Origin: Mobula hypostoma
Taxonomy: Eukaryota
Length of the DNA stretch: 64,000 bases
Reading direction: 5' to 3'
Assembly (NCBI RefSeq): GCF_963921235.1
Contig: NC_086107.1
Location: 100,938,001 to 101,002,000 of the forward strand
Each line of letters begins with the position of its first letter. Within the stretch, counting starts at the first letter, position 1. The notes beneath the pieces were generated by a model. The model worked only from the letters and a program-made list of their open reading frames with translations. It was not told where the DNA came from and made no database searches. The translations under genes were made by a program, and so were the position numbers. Below are positions 12,581 to 25,450 of this stretch, piece after piece.

Positions 12581-14098
12581 GTAAAGGGACCCCGGGAACT
12601 TGGATGGTCACTCCTAGGGGATGGAGAATGTGACCTTACATTACCTGTGATCAGTAACTCCCGAGTGCTGATGGCTGACCTACTGGTCCTGCACAGAGGG
12701 GTAGTGGCCAGGCCAATCGTGACTTCACGGTTAATGTTCACAAGAGATTCTGTAGTTGCTGGCAATCCAGCCAACACACACAACATTCACACAGGCAGCT
12801 TGTATTGTTGTTGTTCCTTTTCGCCGTTTCTGAAGCATTTGTCTGTTTATTACGAGGCTGAGTTGCTATCTCAACGCTCAGTCCAGCACAAATGGAAAGC
12901 ATGCAAAGGGCCTGCCGGATTCGAACCTGGGACCATTGGCCTTGGAGTCCGGTGCTGATACCACCACGCCACCAGCCGGCTAGACATCATCTATGGAGGG
13001 GAATACGCAATAAACATTTCAGGCCGAGACCCTTCCCCAGGACTAAAAGGGAAGGTGGAAGGAGCCACTGTAGTAAAGGTAGGGGGAAATGGTACAAGCT
13101 GGCAGGTGATAGGTGAGGGGGAAGGTTGGGTGAGTAGGAGAGGGGAGGGGGATGAAGTGAGAAGCTGGGAGGTACGAAGTTGAAGAGGTAAAAGGCTGAA
13201 GAAGGAATCTGTCCACGGTTATGTACTCTGCAAAACTGCTACTCAAATTTTCGTGAGGTTGCCATCATCTTCCGGCTCTGAGTAATTGGCTTAGTATTGT
13301 CACACAGCTGGTGGTGCAGTGGCATCAGCAATGGACTTCAAAGCAGAAGGTCCTGAGTTCAAACCCAGCCGGGTCCCAACCTGGGCAGCAGCAGTATCTG
13401 TGCGGAAGAAAGGCCTGGCGATCTACTTCCGTATCGTGCCATGAAAACCCTGTGGACCCCGTGGTCCATGAGGTCACAAAGTGTCGGGCTCGACTTAACG
13501 ACTGACCGGCAACAACAAATTGTTTACACGTACCGAGGTACATTGAAGGCATTGTTTTGCTTGCTGTTCATGCCGTTTCAAACTAGTACAAGAGAAAAGC
13601 AATGACAGAATACAGAATAAAGTGTTAGAGTTACAGGGAAAGTTATCAACGGCTGTGACGAGGTGGATTTAGAGTGGTAGAGAATGGTTATAATGGTCAT
13701 GACTCTTTATATATTTTCAGGACTGGGAAGGCCTGTGTTTATTGTTCACCCCCTAACTGTTCTTCAGAAGGTGGAGGTGAGCTGCCTCCTTGACCCAGTG
13801 CAGTCCCTCTGGTAAATATGCTCCCATATGTTGGAGAGGGGGTTCCAGGCCCAGTAACAGTTCTCAAGTCGGGGTGGTGCACGTCTAGAGGAAAGCCTGC
13901 AGCTTCGCCCCTGTTCCTCTTGGAGGAAGGACTTGTGGCTTCAGGAGGTGCTGTCGGAGGAGCTTCTGAGATTAACTGCAGCGCAGTTTGTAGATGGTGC
14001 ACTCTGCAGCCACTCTGTACCGATAGTGAAGGAGTGGACATTTAGGGTGATAGGTTGTGTGCCATCAAGCGGGCTGTTCTGTCCTGGATGGCGTCCAC

Positions 14099-14709
14099 CA
14101 GGGCTTGTGAACCCAGGGCTCATGTCCCCAAGTCGGCACGCACAAAAACTTTGTGGGCACGCTGCCACTCCTCAATTCTTCATACCTTGCACATTATAAA
14201 AAGATACATGATGGTTATCTTCTCTGCTAAATGAAGCAGCAAATGATTTCTTTTACAGCCTGAGAGCACTGAGACGTTTTCACAGGAAATGTTTCATGCC
14301 GGCTTGGCATCAGCTGGATGATTGTGAGACCAAGTGAAAGGTTTTGAAATCCTCTCAGACCCAGTGTGCACATCAGTATTAGGATAGGAAATGGTTACAA
14401 TAACAAAACTATTTAGAAATGATGTTATTTTTCAATTGTCATGTTAAAATATTAATAATTTTTGAACTGTTTTTCTAAAATGCTTCATTTGTCTCGATCT
14501 CTGTTCTACTTTTATTAATAGTAAAACAATTAATGGCATATATAAGCAACAGGACTCATCGTTTTTCCTTAACAAAAGTCCGTAATTATTGTAACTAATT
14601 CATTAATCAATGAGAATCTCTGCTTGAAATTACCATGGCATGTGAGAGAATTTTATCGGAAGTTATGGCCAGTCTGGGCACACGCTGTCAAAAAGGTTCG
14701 CCACCCCTG
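14099..14709. mobile_element. Non-autonomous hAT element
   Basis: Imperfect TIRs cagggcttgtgaacc / ggttcgccacccctg around an AT-rich interior. Interrupts an old LINE remnant; TSD unclear. Confidence 0.6.
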
Positions 14710-15261
14710 GTTGACCTTCTTTAATATTGCAGCTGTACGCAGCTGGACCAGTGGAGAATGTTCCACCCTGGTGCTGACTTCTGCCTTGTAGGTGATGGAA
14801 AGGCTTTAGGTTGTCAGGAGGTACGTCATTATTCACAGGGTACTCAATCTTTGACCTGACTTCTCACAGGGTACCCACCCTTTGACCTGCTTTTGTAGTT
14901 GTATTATTTGTCTGACTGGTCCAATTGCTTTTCTTGTCGGTGAAGGTAGGATGTTGATGATGGAGGGACTCAGCAGTCATAACTCCACAGAGTTTCTGGG
15001 GTAGGTGGTGACATTGTCTCTTGTTGGACTTGGTCAATGCCTGGCACCTTCTTGGCGTGAACACTACCTGTCACTGATCAGCCATTGCTTGCATATCGTC
15101 GGTGTCCTATTGTGTGCAGGTATCGACTGCTTCAACTTGCTGAGGGGATGTGAATTGAATCGAATATTGTGCAAACATCAGTACAGATCCCACTTTTGAC
15201 CTTCAGATGAAGCAGCTACAGATGGCTGGGTCCAGCTCACCGTCCTCAGGAACTCTTGCAG

Positions 15262-15954
15262 AGGAGGAGAAGATGGCGGCGCGACAGCAGCGCGCGCGGC
15301 CACTTCGGTGGTGATGTCTGTTATCTGTCAAGTGGGGGACCGTGCATAATTCTGATTTGATGGAGACCGACGTGAGAGCATGGAGAAACATCTGGAAAAC
15401 TTCTGAAATGCCCGCTTCGCTGCCACTGCTACTGTGTGGTAATCGGAATCTCCGGAGCAGAAGGCCCCGAATCCTCGGCTTTGCGTGTTTCAGTGGCCGG
15501 GGAGAGGTCGAAGGCGCTCGGCAGAGGATGGCGCTCGGGAGGCTGTATCGGAGAGGCTGGTCGGAAGCTCGAAGTTTTCAGACGGATGGACTCAGTGTCG
15601 GCTGTGGTTGGCTGCTTCCAAGGCATCGGCAAATTGACAGTGCCTGGAGGTTTATGGCAGGGAGTTTCTCCCTTTTGCCACCTGCTATCGGGGACTCGGG
15701 AGTCGATCGACTCGGGGACTTTTCAGACTTTTTTTTTTACCATGCCCATGGTTTGTTCTTCATCAAATTATGGTATTGTTTTGCACTGCTGTAACTATAT
15801 GTTATAATTATGTGGTTCTGTCAGTGTTTGTCTTTGGTTTATCCTGTCTTCTGTGATATCACTCCGGAGAAACATTGTATCATTTCTTAGTGCATGTATG
15901 CATTTCTAAATGACAATAAAAGAGGACTGAGTGTTCTCATAATCTAAAAAAAAG
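15262..15954 (+). mobile_element. Non-coding, probably non-autonomous retroelement with CpG-rich head and LINE-like 3' tail
   Basis: Starts gaggagaagatggcggcgcgac and ends tgacaataaaagaggactgagtgttctcataatctaaaaaaa. A diverged, 5'-truncated second copy lies on the minus strand at ~29384-29915. Confidence 0.7.
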
Positions 15955-16818
15955 TAATGTCCCAGGGTCAGAACCAGAGCCAGGTTCGGTATTACTGCCA
16001 TATGTCGTCACATTTGTTGTTATGCACAGTAGTGTATTGCAATACATAGTGATAAAAATGTAAATTACAGTAAATATATTTTAAAACTTAAATAAGTTGC
16101 GCAAAAAGAGAAGCAAAAAAGTAGTGTGGTAGTGTTCATGGGTTCAATGTCCGTTCAGAAATCAGATGGCAGAGGGGAAGAAGCTGTTCCTGAGTCACTG
16201 AGTATGTGCCTTCAAGCCTCTGTACCTCCTCCCTGATGGCAGCAACGAGAAGAGGGCATGTCCTGGGTGACGTGGGTCCTTAATGTTAGATGCCGCCTTT
16301 TTGAGGCATCGCTCCTGGATGCTGGGGAGGCTGGTGCCCATGATGGAGCTGGCTGAGTTTACAACTCTCTGCTGCTTATTTCAGTCCTGTGTAGTGCCCC
16401 CCCCCCCCCATACCAGATGGTGATGCAGCCAGTTAGAATGTTCTCCATGGCCCACAGCCCATCACCCCGAGCACGGACAACCATAGCCATTTTGTGAGAC
16501 ATCTCCAGCCACTCGAGTGTTAATTCCTTTGACGCAGATTGACTACAGTTTTACCAGGATATCTTAATGCCTATTGCACACTCATGTACTGCCGTGATAT
16601 CAAGGCCTGATTCATCGTTCAAGGTAGTTGTCATGGGTGTACAGTACATACCCAGGGTAGAAATACCATGAAAATTAGCCTTTTGCAGCATCAGCACAGC
16701 ACATTGCAAACATGACAAACATAAATTACATCAGCCTAAATTAACATAAAATTATACATGCATGACAAAATAAACAAGATTAAACATGGTGCATTATGCA
16801 GGTTCTGGGTGAAAAACT

Positions 16819-18430
16819 CTGGGCAATCGGGGTGATATAGTCTGGGCAATCGGGGCGATACAGTCTGGGCAATCGGGTGATATAGTCTGGGCAATCGGGG
16901 CGATACAGTCTGGGCAATTGGAGCGATACAGTCTGGGCAATCGGGGCGATACAGTCTGGGCAATCGGGGCGATACAGTCTGGGCAATCGGAGCGATATAG
17001 TCTGGGCAATCGGAGCGATACAGTCTGGGCAATCGGAGCGATATAGTCTGGGCAATCGGGGCGATATAGTCTGGGCAATCGGGGCGATACAGTCTGGGCA
17101 ATCGGGGCGATACAGTCTGGGCAATCGGAGCAATACAGTCTGGGCAATCGGGGCGATACTGTCTGGGCAATCAAAGTGATATAGTCTGGGCAATCGGGGT
17201 GATATAGTCTGGGGGATCTGGGTGATATAATCTGGGCAATCGGGGTGATACAGTCTGGGCAATCGGAGCGATACAGTCTGGGGAATCTGGGTGACACAAT
17301 CTGGGCAATCGGGGCGATACAGTCTGGGCAATCAAAGTGATATAGTCTGGGCAATCGGGGTGATATAGTCTGGGGGATCTGGGTGATATAATCTGGGCAA
17401 TCGGGGTGATACAGTCTGGGCAATCGGAGCGATACAGTCTGGGGAATCTGGGTGACACAATCTGGGCAATCGGGGCAATACAGTCTGGGGAATCTGGGTG
17501 ACACAATCTGGGCAATCGGGGTGATATAGTCTGGGGGATCTGGGTGATATAGTCTGGGCAATCGGGGTGATACAGTCTGGGGAATCTGGATGTTATAATC
17601 TGGGCAATTGGGGTGATACAGTCTGGGCAATTGGGGTGATTAGTCTGGGCAATCGGGGTAATATAGTCTGGGCAATCGAGGTGATATAGTCTGGGCAATC
17701 GGGGCGATATAGTCTGGGGAATCTGGGTGACACAATCTGGGCAATCGGGGTGATACAGTCTGGGCAATCAAAGTGATACAGTCTGGGCAATCGGGGCGAT
17801 ACAGTCTGGGCAATCAAAGTGATATAGTCTGGGCAATCGGGGTGATACAGTCTGGGCAATCGGAGCGATACAGTCTGGGGAATCTGGATGATATAGTCTG
17901 GGCAATCGGGGTGATATAGTCTGGGCAATCGGGGTGATATAGTCTGGGCAATCAGGGTGATATAGTCTGGGCAATCGGGTGATATAGTCTGGGCAATCGG
18001 GGTGATATAGTCTGGGCAATCGAGGTGATATAGTCTGGGCAATCGGGGTGATACAGTCTGGGCAATCGGGGTGATATAGTCTGGGGGATCTGGGTGATAT
18101 AGTCTGGGCAATCAGGGTGATATATTCTGGGCAATCTGGATGATATAGTCTGGGCAATCAGGGTTATATAGTCTGGGCAATCGGGGTGATATAGTCTGGG
18201 CAATCGGGGTGATATAGTCTGGGCAATCTGGATGATATAGTCTGGGCAATCGGGGTGATATAGTCTGGGCAATCGGGGTGATATAGTCTGGGCAATCTGG
18301 ATGATATAGTCTGGGCAATCGGGGTGATATAGTCTGGGCAATCGGGGTGATATAGTCTGGGCAATCGGGTGATATAGTCTGGGCAATCGGGGTGATATAG
18401 TCTGGGGAATCTGGGTGACATAATCTGGGG
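16819..18430. repeat. Minisatellite, 23-bp unit CTGGGCAATCGGGGTGATATAGT, ~70 copies
   Basis: Direct inspection; unit variants include ggggcgatacagt, ggagcgata, aaagtgata and ggaatctgggtgacacaat. Confidence 0.97.
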
Positions 18431-18446
18431 AAGAATGAGGGTTTCA

Positions 18447-18666
18447 CAAACACGAGAATTCCTGAAGATGCTGGGAATGTAGAGCAATTCATACAAAGTG
18501 CTGGAGGAACTCAGCAGGTCAGGCAGCATCTATGGAAAAGAGTAAACAGTTGATGTTTCAGTCCAAGTCCTGATGAAAGATCTCTGCCCGAGATGTTGAC
18601 TGTTTACTCTTTTCTATAGATTCTGCCTGGCCTGCTGAGTTCCTCCAGCATTTTGTGTTTGTTGCT
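18447..18666. mobile_element. Penelope-terminus palindromic element
   Basis: Same family. Degenerate TSD aagaatgagggttt / aagaacgagggctt; decayed hammerhead agtcCTGATGA...GAGAtgttgact. Confidence 0.75.
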
Positions 18667-18981
18667 AAGAACGAGGGCTTTTCAGGCTGCTTCAATAACC
18701 GATGGCAGTGGGGAACAAGCTGTCGTTGGGCCCTGCGGGGTGAGTCTTTAGCCTCCTGTTCCTCCTGCCTGGTGGCAGCAAAGAGAAGAAAGCACGGTCT
18801 GGATGGGTGGGTGGAGGGGGTCCCTGATGATGGACGTTGTCTTCCTGGAACGTCGCTTCTTGAAGATACTCTTACGCCGGGATCATCATCCCACTGTTGC
18901 ATTTTGCTCTCTCCTCCATTGTTGGGCCTTGTCCACGTTGAGACCTGGGACCCCGTGGTTCTGGTGTAACTGTCACTAGAG

Positions 18982-19061
18982 TGGGGGTTCCCAACCTGGA
19001 GTCCACAGATCCTTTGGTTAATGGTAGGGGTCCATGGCATGATAAAAGATTGGGCGCCCCG
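18982..19061. mobile_element. hAT MITE, same family as 75-155 in the opposite orientation
   Basis: tgggggttcccaacc...gattgggcgccccg; TSD cactagag / cattagag. Confidence 0.75.
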
Positions 19062-20179
19062 CATTAGAGAGTAGTTCATTGCTAAGTACAGACTGTTGAC
19101 GACAGCTTCCATCCGTGCTGATGATTGAGAGTAGGTGAGTCAGGAAGTAGTTCATGAGCATTTGCCCTGCTCTTTAATCTGCTACCTAACTACCTAAATT
19201 AGTTTCAGAACCTCACTTGTATTAGTTCTTGTGTGAACCACTGGGTTTTAACTCTTTCCCCCCCTTTAGAATGCCGTGCAACTGTTTTTGAGATCTTGAC
19301 CCGAGCACCAGGGAGGTAACAAACCATGCCTGATTTACACCTCTGGCCACAGAAGTCCCTGGGTGAAGGATAATGAGATCAGGTAGTAGCATCTGCCACT
19401 GTTGTATTCATGACAGACCCTCAGAAATGAACAATACGTCATTACGTCCCGGCCTAATGTCTCCTCTCTTGCTCCCTGACAGGTTTTGTCCATTTTATCA
19501 CTTCTGTCTCCGGTGATGTTTCCGTTTCTGCCCTACTGGCGTTAAGTGTGAGACGTTCTAGTGTGGTGTAAAAGTAGAGAGACAGAATATATTTACTTTT
19601 AGCTGTGAGGGGATTTAATGTTTGTGTCCTGACACATGAATCAGTGAAGGTTAATAGGTAACCAAGCTGGCAGCCGACTGGTTTGTTTTCCTTTACTATA
19701 AGAGGACCTGAGGAGAAGGATAAAGACATCTTGGCAGGAGTTGTACAGACCCTGGCTGGACTGTAGCAGGAATATTGCTTTACAGGTCCCTTTCCCTAAG
19801 GGCGAGTTTACTTGCAACGGGCCAAATGCAGCCAAAGTTCACCAGATTGATTCCTGCAAAGGGGGAACCTTCCTAACAGGAGGGAGCAAGCAGGCTGCCT
19901 GATCCTCTCGAACTTAGAAGAGTGAGAGGTGAGTCATTGATGCAAAATAAAGTTCTTGCTGGCCTCGATGGGGTAGATGCTAGAACGATGCTTCCTCTGA
20001 CTGGAGTGCCTGTCTCATAATCAGGGCGGATAAGAAGGAATGTATATACCCAGAGGGTAGTGAGTCCTTGGAATTCTCCACTCCTGGGAACTGCAGATAT
20101 TCATTTGGTTCATTACATTGGAGAGAGTTACGGCAGCTCTGTAGCTTAGTGGTAGCGTTAGGCTGTTATAGCTCTAGTG

Positions 20180-21482
20180 ACAGGATAGGTCCGAGTCAGC
20201 ATGGATTTACGAAGGGGAAATCGTGCTTGACTAATCTTCTGAAATTTTTTGAGGATGTATCTATGAAAATGGACAAGGGAGAGCCAGTGGATGTAGTGTA
20301 CCTGGACTTTCAGAAAGCCTTTGATAAAGTCCCACATAGGAGAATAGTGGGCAAAATTAGGGCACACGGTATTGAGGGCAGAGTACTGACATGGATTGAA
20401 AATTGGCTGGCTGACAGGAAACAAAGAGTAGCGATTAACGGGTCCCTTTCAGAATGGCAGGTGGTGACCAGTGGGGTACCGCAGGGTTCAGTGCTGGGAC
20501 TGCAGCTGTTTACAATATACATTAATGATTTAGATGAAGGGATTAAAAGTAACATTAGCAAATTTGCAGATGACACAAAGCTGGGTGGCAGTGTGAAATG
20601 TGAGGAGGATGTTATGAGAATGCAGGGTGACTTGGACAGGCTGGGTGAGTGGGCGGATGCATGGCAAATACAGTTTAATGTGGATAAATGTGAGGTTATC
20701 CACTTTGGTGGCAAGAACGGGAAGGCAGATTATTATCTAAATGGAGTCAAGTTAGGAAAAGGGGAAGTACAACAAGATCTAGGTGTTCTTGTACATCAGT
20801 CACTGAAAGCAAGCATGCAGGTACAGCAGGCAGTGAAGAAAGCTAATGGCATGCTGGCCTTCATAACAAGGGGAATTGAGTATAGGAGCAAAGAGGTTCT
20901 CCTGCAGCTGTACAGGGCCCTGGTGAGACCACACCTGGAGTATTGTGTGCAGTTTTGGTCTCCAAATTTGAGGAAGGACATTCTTCCTATTGAGGGAGTG
21001 CAGTGTAGGTTCACAAGGTTAATTCCCGGGATGGCGGGACTGTCATATGTTGAAAGATTGGAGCGATTGGGCATGTATACACTGAAATTTAGACGTGATG
21101 AGAGGGGATCTGATTGAAATATATATTAAGGGATTGGACACGCTGGAGGCAGGAAGCATGTTCCCGCTGATGGGTGAGTCCTGAACCAGAGGCCACAGTT
21201 TAAGAATAAGGGGTAGGCCATTTAGAACGGAGTTGAGGAAAAACTTTTTCACCCAGAGAGTGGTGGATATATGGAATGCTCTGCCCCAGAAGGCAGTAGA
21301 GGCCAAGTCTCTGGATGCTTTCAAGAAAGAGATGGATAGAGCTCTTAAAGATAGCGGAATCAAAGGTTATGGGGATAAGGCAGGAACTGGATACTGATTG
21401 TGGATGATCAGCCATGATCACAGTGAATGGCGGTGCTGGCTCGAAGAGCCGAATGGCCTACTCCTGCACCTATTGTCTATTG
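20180..21482 (+). mobile_element. Young 5'-truncated CR1 LINE (RT domain and 3' UTR)
   Basis: ORF 20068-21117 contains SQHGFTKGKSCLTNL, YLDFQKAFDKVPH, SGVPQGSVLG, KFADDTKL and LVRPHLEYCVQFWSP. Ends ...gaatggcctactcctgcacctattgtctattgt. Confidence 0.95.
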
Positions 21483-22711
21483 TGACCGGGTTTCAATTCC
21501 ACTACTATCTGTAGAGAGGTTGTGGGTCCTCCACATTTCAAAGACATACAGGTCAATAGGTGAACTGGTCACATGGGTGTAATTGAACACGGTGGGCTTA
21601 CTGGGCTGGAAGGGCGTGTTATCGTGCTGTATTTCTAAATAATGTGCTCTCGGATATTGGGAGAAGGAAGGACGAAGAGAAAGGAATGCATATAGATAAA
21701 GTGTTGAGGTTTGCACTCAGTCATGATCCTGTTGGATGCAGAATTGGTATGAGGGGCTGAATGGCCAGCTCCTACTTCCTGTATTCCTACATTCTGCCCT
21801 TTACATCCAGAGGGTATCATGTTCTGTGCCTTCCTTCAGAGCAGAGTGGTCTCTCACTATCCCCATTGACAGCAGACTCTGCCCAGTATCCCAGCTAAAG
21901 GACCTTCATCCCTGTGTGCCTGAACTTGGGTTTGGGCTTCAAATGTGAAAGTGTGGTCTTTATTGATCCTGCCACTGACAGCCTTCCCTTAACCCCAGCG
22001 CGTGGTAAATTAGCTGTGCTCTGTTGCCAGCCTCTCATCTTCCCCTGAACTACGCAGTGATAGTATTGTATTTACTTAGAGATGCAGGACGGTGAGAGCC
22101 CACGCTGCCCAGTTCCGATTCAGGTTCTTTTATCACACGTGCGTGGAAAGATACGGAGAAACGCACCACTTGCATCAACAACCAACAGGGCTGAGGACGT
22201 GCTGGGGACAGTCCGCAAGTGTCGCCACACGTCCCGGGGGCACCAATGTAGCATGCCCGCGGTATGCCCATGTGACCGTTAGCCTACTAACCCGTATATC
22301 TTCGGAATGTGGGAGGGAACCAGAGTACCCGGAGACAACCCACACGGGCTCAGGGAGACGTACAGACTCCTTACAGACAGCGAAGGAATTGAACCAAGGT
22401 CATCAGTGTGGTAACAGCGTTACACTAATCTTCATGCAACCACACCACCCTGAAAGTAGTTTCAGTTTGCTACCATTCCTGGTAGAGTTTTACAGTGTAT
22501 TATTAGTAATACTGCAGCTTCACTCAGCCTGTTCTGGGATCAAACCAGACGTTCTGCACTGATTGACACTGAGGTTGGAAGTGATGGTGACTGGAAGGAT
22601 GTTTTCTGCAAGAATCAGCTTAATCTTGAAGTACGACAGTTGGGGTTCTTATTCTAACCCTGCTTCACATTCCATTCAATGAGCTTCCAATGAATACGTT
22701 AGTTTTTTTTC

Positions 22712-23010
22712 AAGGCATCCGCTAGTCTCGTGAGACCATGGATTTGCGCCTTGGAAGGTTTCCAGGGCGCAGGCCTGGGCAAGGTTGTATGGAAGACTGG
22801 CAGTTGCCCATGCTGCAAGTCTCTCCTCTCCACGCCACTGATGTTGTCCAAGGGAAGGGCACTAGGACCGATACAGCTTGGCACCAGTGTCGTCGCAGAG
22901 CAATGTGTGATTCAGTGCCTTGCTCAAGGACACAACGCGCTGCCTCAGCTGAGGCTCGAACTAGCGACCTTCAGATCACTAGACCAACGCCTTAACCACT
23001 TGGCCACGTT
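22712..23010 (-). mobile_element. tRNA-derived SINE with CORE-like segment
   Basis: Head cgtggccaagtggttaaggcg...ctagttcgagcc and gtgtccttgagcaaggcac. Copies at ~6266-6460, 1455-1660, 40142-40345, 49889-50145 and 54818-55105. Confidence 0.75.
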
Positions 23011-24951
23011 AGTTAGGCATCAACATTATTGTTGCTGGCGGGATCTGGCTTTGTACTGGATGGATGTCTCAACACTCACCTTTGCAGCTTCAGAGTGATT
23101 GTACCTGGGCAGCTCGGTAGTGTAGCAGTTAGCACCAGCCGTAAGAACGATTCCCGCCACCGCCTGTGAGGAGCCCTGTGACTATGTGGGCTTCCCAGGC
23201 ACTCCAGTTGCCCCCTACATTCTGAAAGGCCCACGGTTTGGGTTCGTGAGCTGTAGGTGTGCCATGTTGGCACCAGGAGCAAATGACGCATTTTGACGTC
23301 GTGTGCCGAAGAAAGCTAACCTCTCGGGAAAATTTCGAATCGTCAGCTCAATGCAGCATGCGCATCTCTTTGGGAAGACTTGAGTTGTTAGTGGTGGGGT
23401 GGGGTGACCCCCTTTTGGGTCAGAAAGCTGTAGGGTAACTCTGGAGGTCTTCATGAACTGGTGAGGGTGGAGAAGGTGTTTCACGGTCAGAGATGACAAG
23501 GTGAGATCACCTCCATTGTACTGCTTGGAGATTGTTGAGGAAATGGGTATCACTATCACAAGGGAATGGTGAACGTTGCATTTTTAAATTTTAATTTTTA
23601 TTCCTATCTATCTACCTATCCTGTCTGTCTAACTCTCCTGTCTATCTATCTGTCTATACATCTCACCTATCTATCTTGTGTATCTCTCTTCCCTCTCCCC
23701 CCATCTTTTAAATCTACTCCTCAGCTTTTTTACTGCAGTCCTGCCGAAGGGTTTCAGCCCGAAACGTCGACTGTACTGTTTTCCATAGATGCTGCCTGGC
23801 CTGCTGAGTTCCTCCAGCATTTTGTGTGTGTTGCTTGGATTTCCATCACCTGCAGACTTCTCTTGTTTCTCCTATCTATCTATCCATCTCTCCAAGCTAT
23901 TCTATTGACATACAGCGTGGAGTAGATGCCTCAGGCCCATTGAGGCACACCGCCCTGATTTCACCCCGGCCTAATCACAGGATAGTTTACAATGACCAAT
24001 TAACCTACTGACCGGTGCGTCTTTGGACTGTGGGAGGAAACCGGAGCACCCGGAGGAAACCCACGCAGTTACGGGAAGAACGTACAAACTCCTTACAGGC
24101 AGCAGCGGGAATTGAACCTGGTTCGCTGGTACTGTAAAGCGTTGTGCTAACTAGTACACTACCGTGACGCCCCAAAGGAGTACTTTAAGGGTATGCTAAG
24201 TAAATTCAAGAAGTGGAGTGAGAATGGAGATGGAAAAGGATGAAGGGGCCATGGAGGATAAACACTGGCACAAATTGAATGGCCCAATTCTGTAATGTAC
24301 TGTTCACGTAATTCTGAGATATAATAATAACTTATTTACAGAGCAGTTTTCATACAGAGGATGTAGTGCAAAGTGCTTTACAGACTTGCAAATAAAATAT
24401 AAGTATGATAGTAAAAGAGAAAAAGATGTTAGTTAAAAGCAGCAGTTAAATAAATAGGTTTTGAGTTGGTGTTTAAAAGTGTCAATGGAGTCGGCAACCC
24501 TTATAGTTTTAGATATTGAATAATGTGTCTTTCTGTTAGTAACGAGACACATGAAGATGAACCGAGGAGATACGTGGAATAGAAGGAGCAATGTGGGTAC
24601 AGCATTATGCTTTCCTAGGGGATATTGACACACATATGAAATACATAAAGGTAAATTTACTAATCATATAAACTACTCAAAGAGTAACGCGCCATTACCT
24701 CAGTTCTCCTCCATCCTCAGACTGCAATCCCCCCCTTCCTCTGCCACCAAGCCCAATACTATTGGAGGATGGAGAGAGGATCCAGCACTGACAGAGACAC
24801 ACTCAAAGAACAAATGGGCAAATAGACGCCAGCAGGAAAAAGGGGATTAATCGTAGGGAATAGAATGAAAGAGGGAGGCAAGCTGACATTATTTTCTTCC
24901 CTTGGTATGCCTTTTGACCCAGAATGTTTAAAGTAAATGTTATTATCAAGA

Positions 24952-25450
24952 TTCAAGATTCAAAAAGCTTTATTGTCATTCTGACCGCACATCAGCTCTG
25001 CAGGGCAGAATGAGACAGCGTTCCCCAGGAGCAGTGCAATCATATCATAACAAATGCAACACTAAGTAATAAACATAACAATAAATAGTAAAACACAACA
25101 GCCATATGTCAGTTAAAATCAGTTATAAGTGTCCAGTGCAAGTTAAAAGTGTCCAAAGCAGAGTCAGGTAGAGCAGCTATTTAGCAGTCTGACTGCCTGT
25201 GGAAGGAAGCTGTTTAGTAGCCTTGTGGTTTTAGTTTTGATGCTCCTGTAACGTTTGCCTGATGGCAGAAGAACAAACAGTTCATGGAGAGGGTGTGAGG
25301 GGTCTTTAATGATGTACCGTGTCTCCTGGAGGCATCGACTCTGAAAGAGGTCTTGGACAGAAGGTAGGGAGACCCCAAAAACCTTCTCTGCTCCCCTAAC
25401 CACCCTCTGCAAGGCTTTTTTGTCGACAGCACTGCAGCTGGAGTACCAGC
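24952..25450 (-). mobile_element. Rex1/Babar-type LINE 3' fragment
   Basis: QRVVRGAEKVFG...KDPSHPLHELFVLLPSGKRYRSIKTKTTRLLNSFLPQAVRLLN; (attcaag)n tail. Confidence 0.8.

Noticed and set aside
16736..18529. Long overlapping minus-strand ORFs (PRLYHPDCPDYITPIAQTIS repeats) as a protein gene or CRISPR array
   Set aside because: Artefact of a 23-bp unit that lacks stops on one strand. All three frames give the same rotating peptide, and there are no unique spacers or cas genes.
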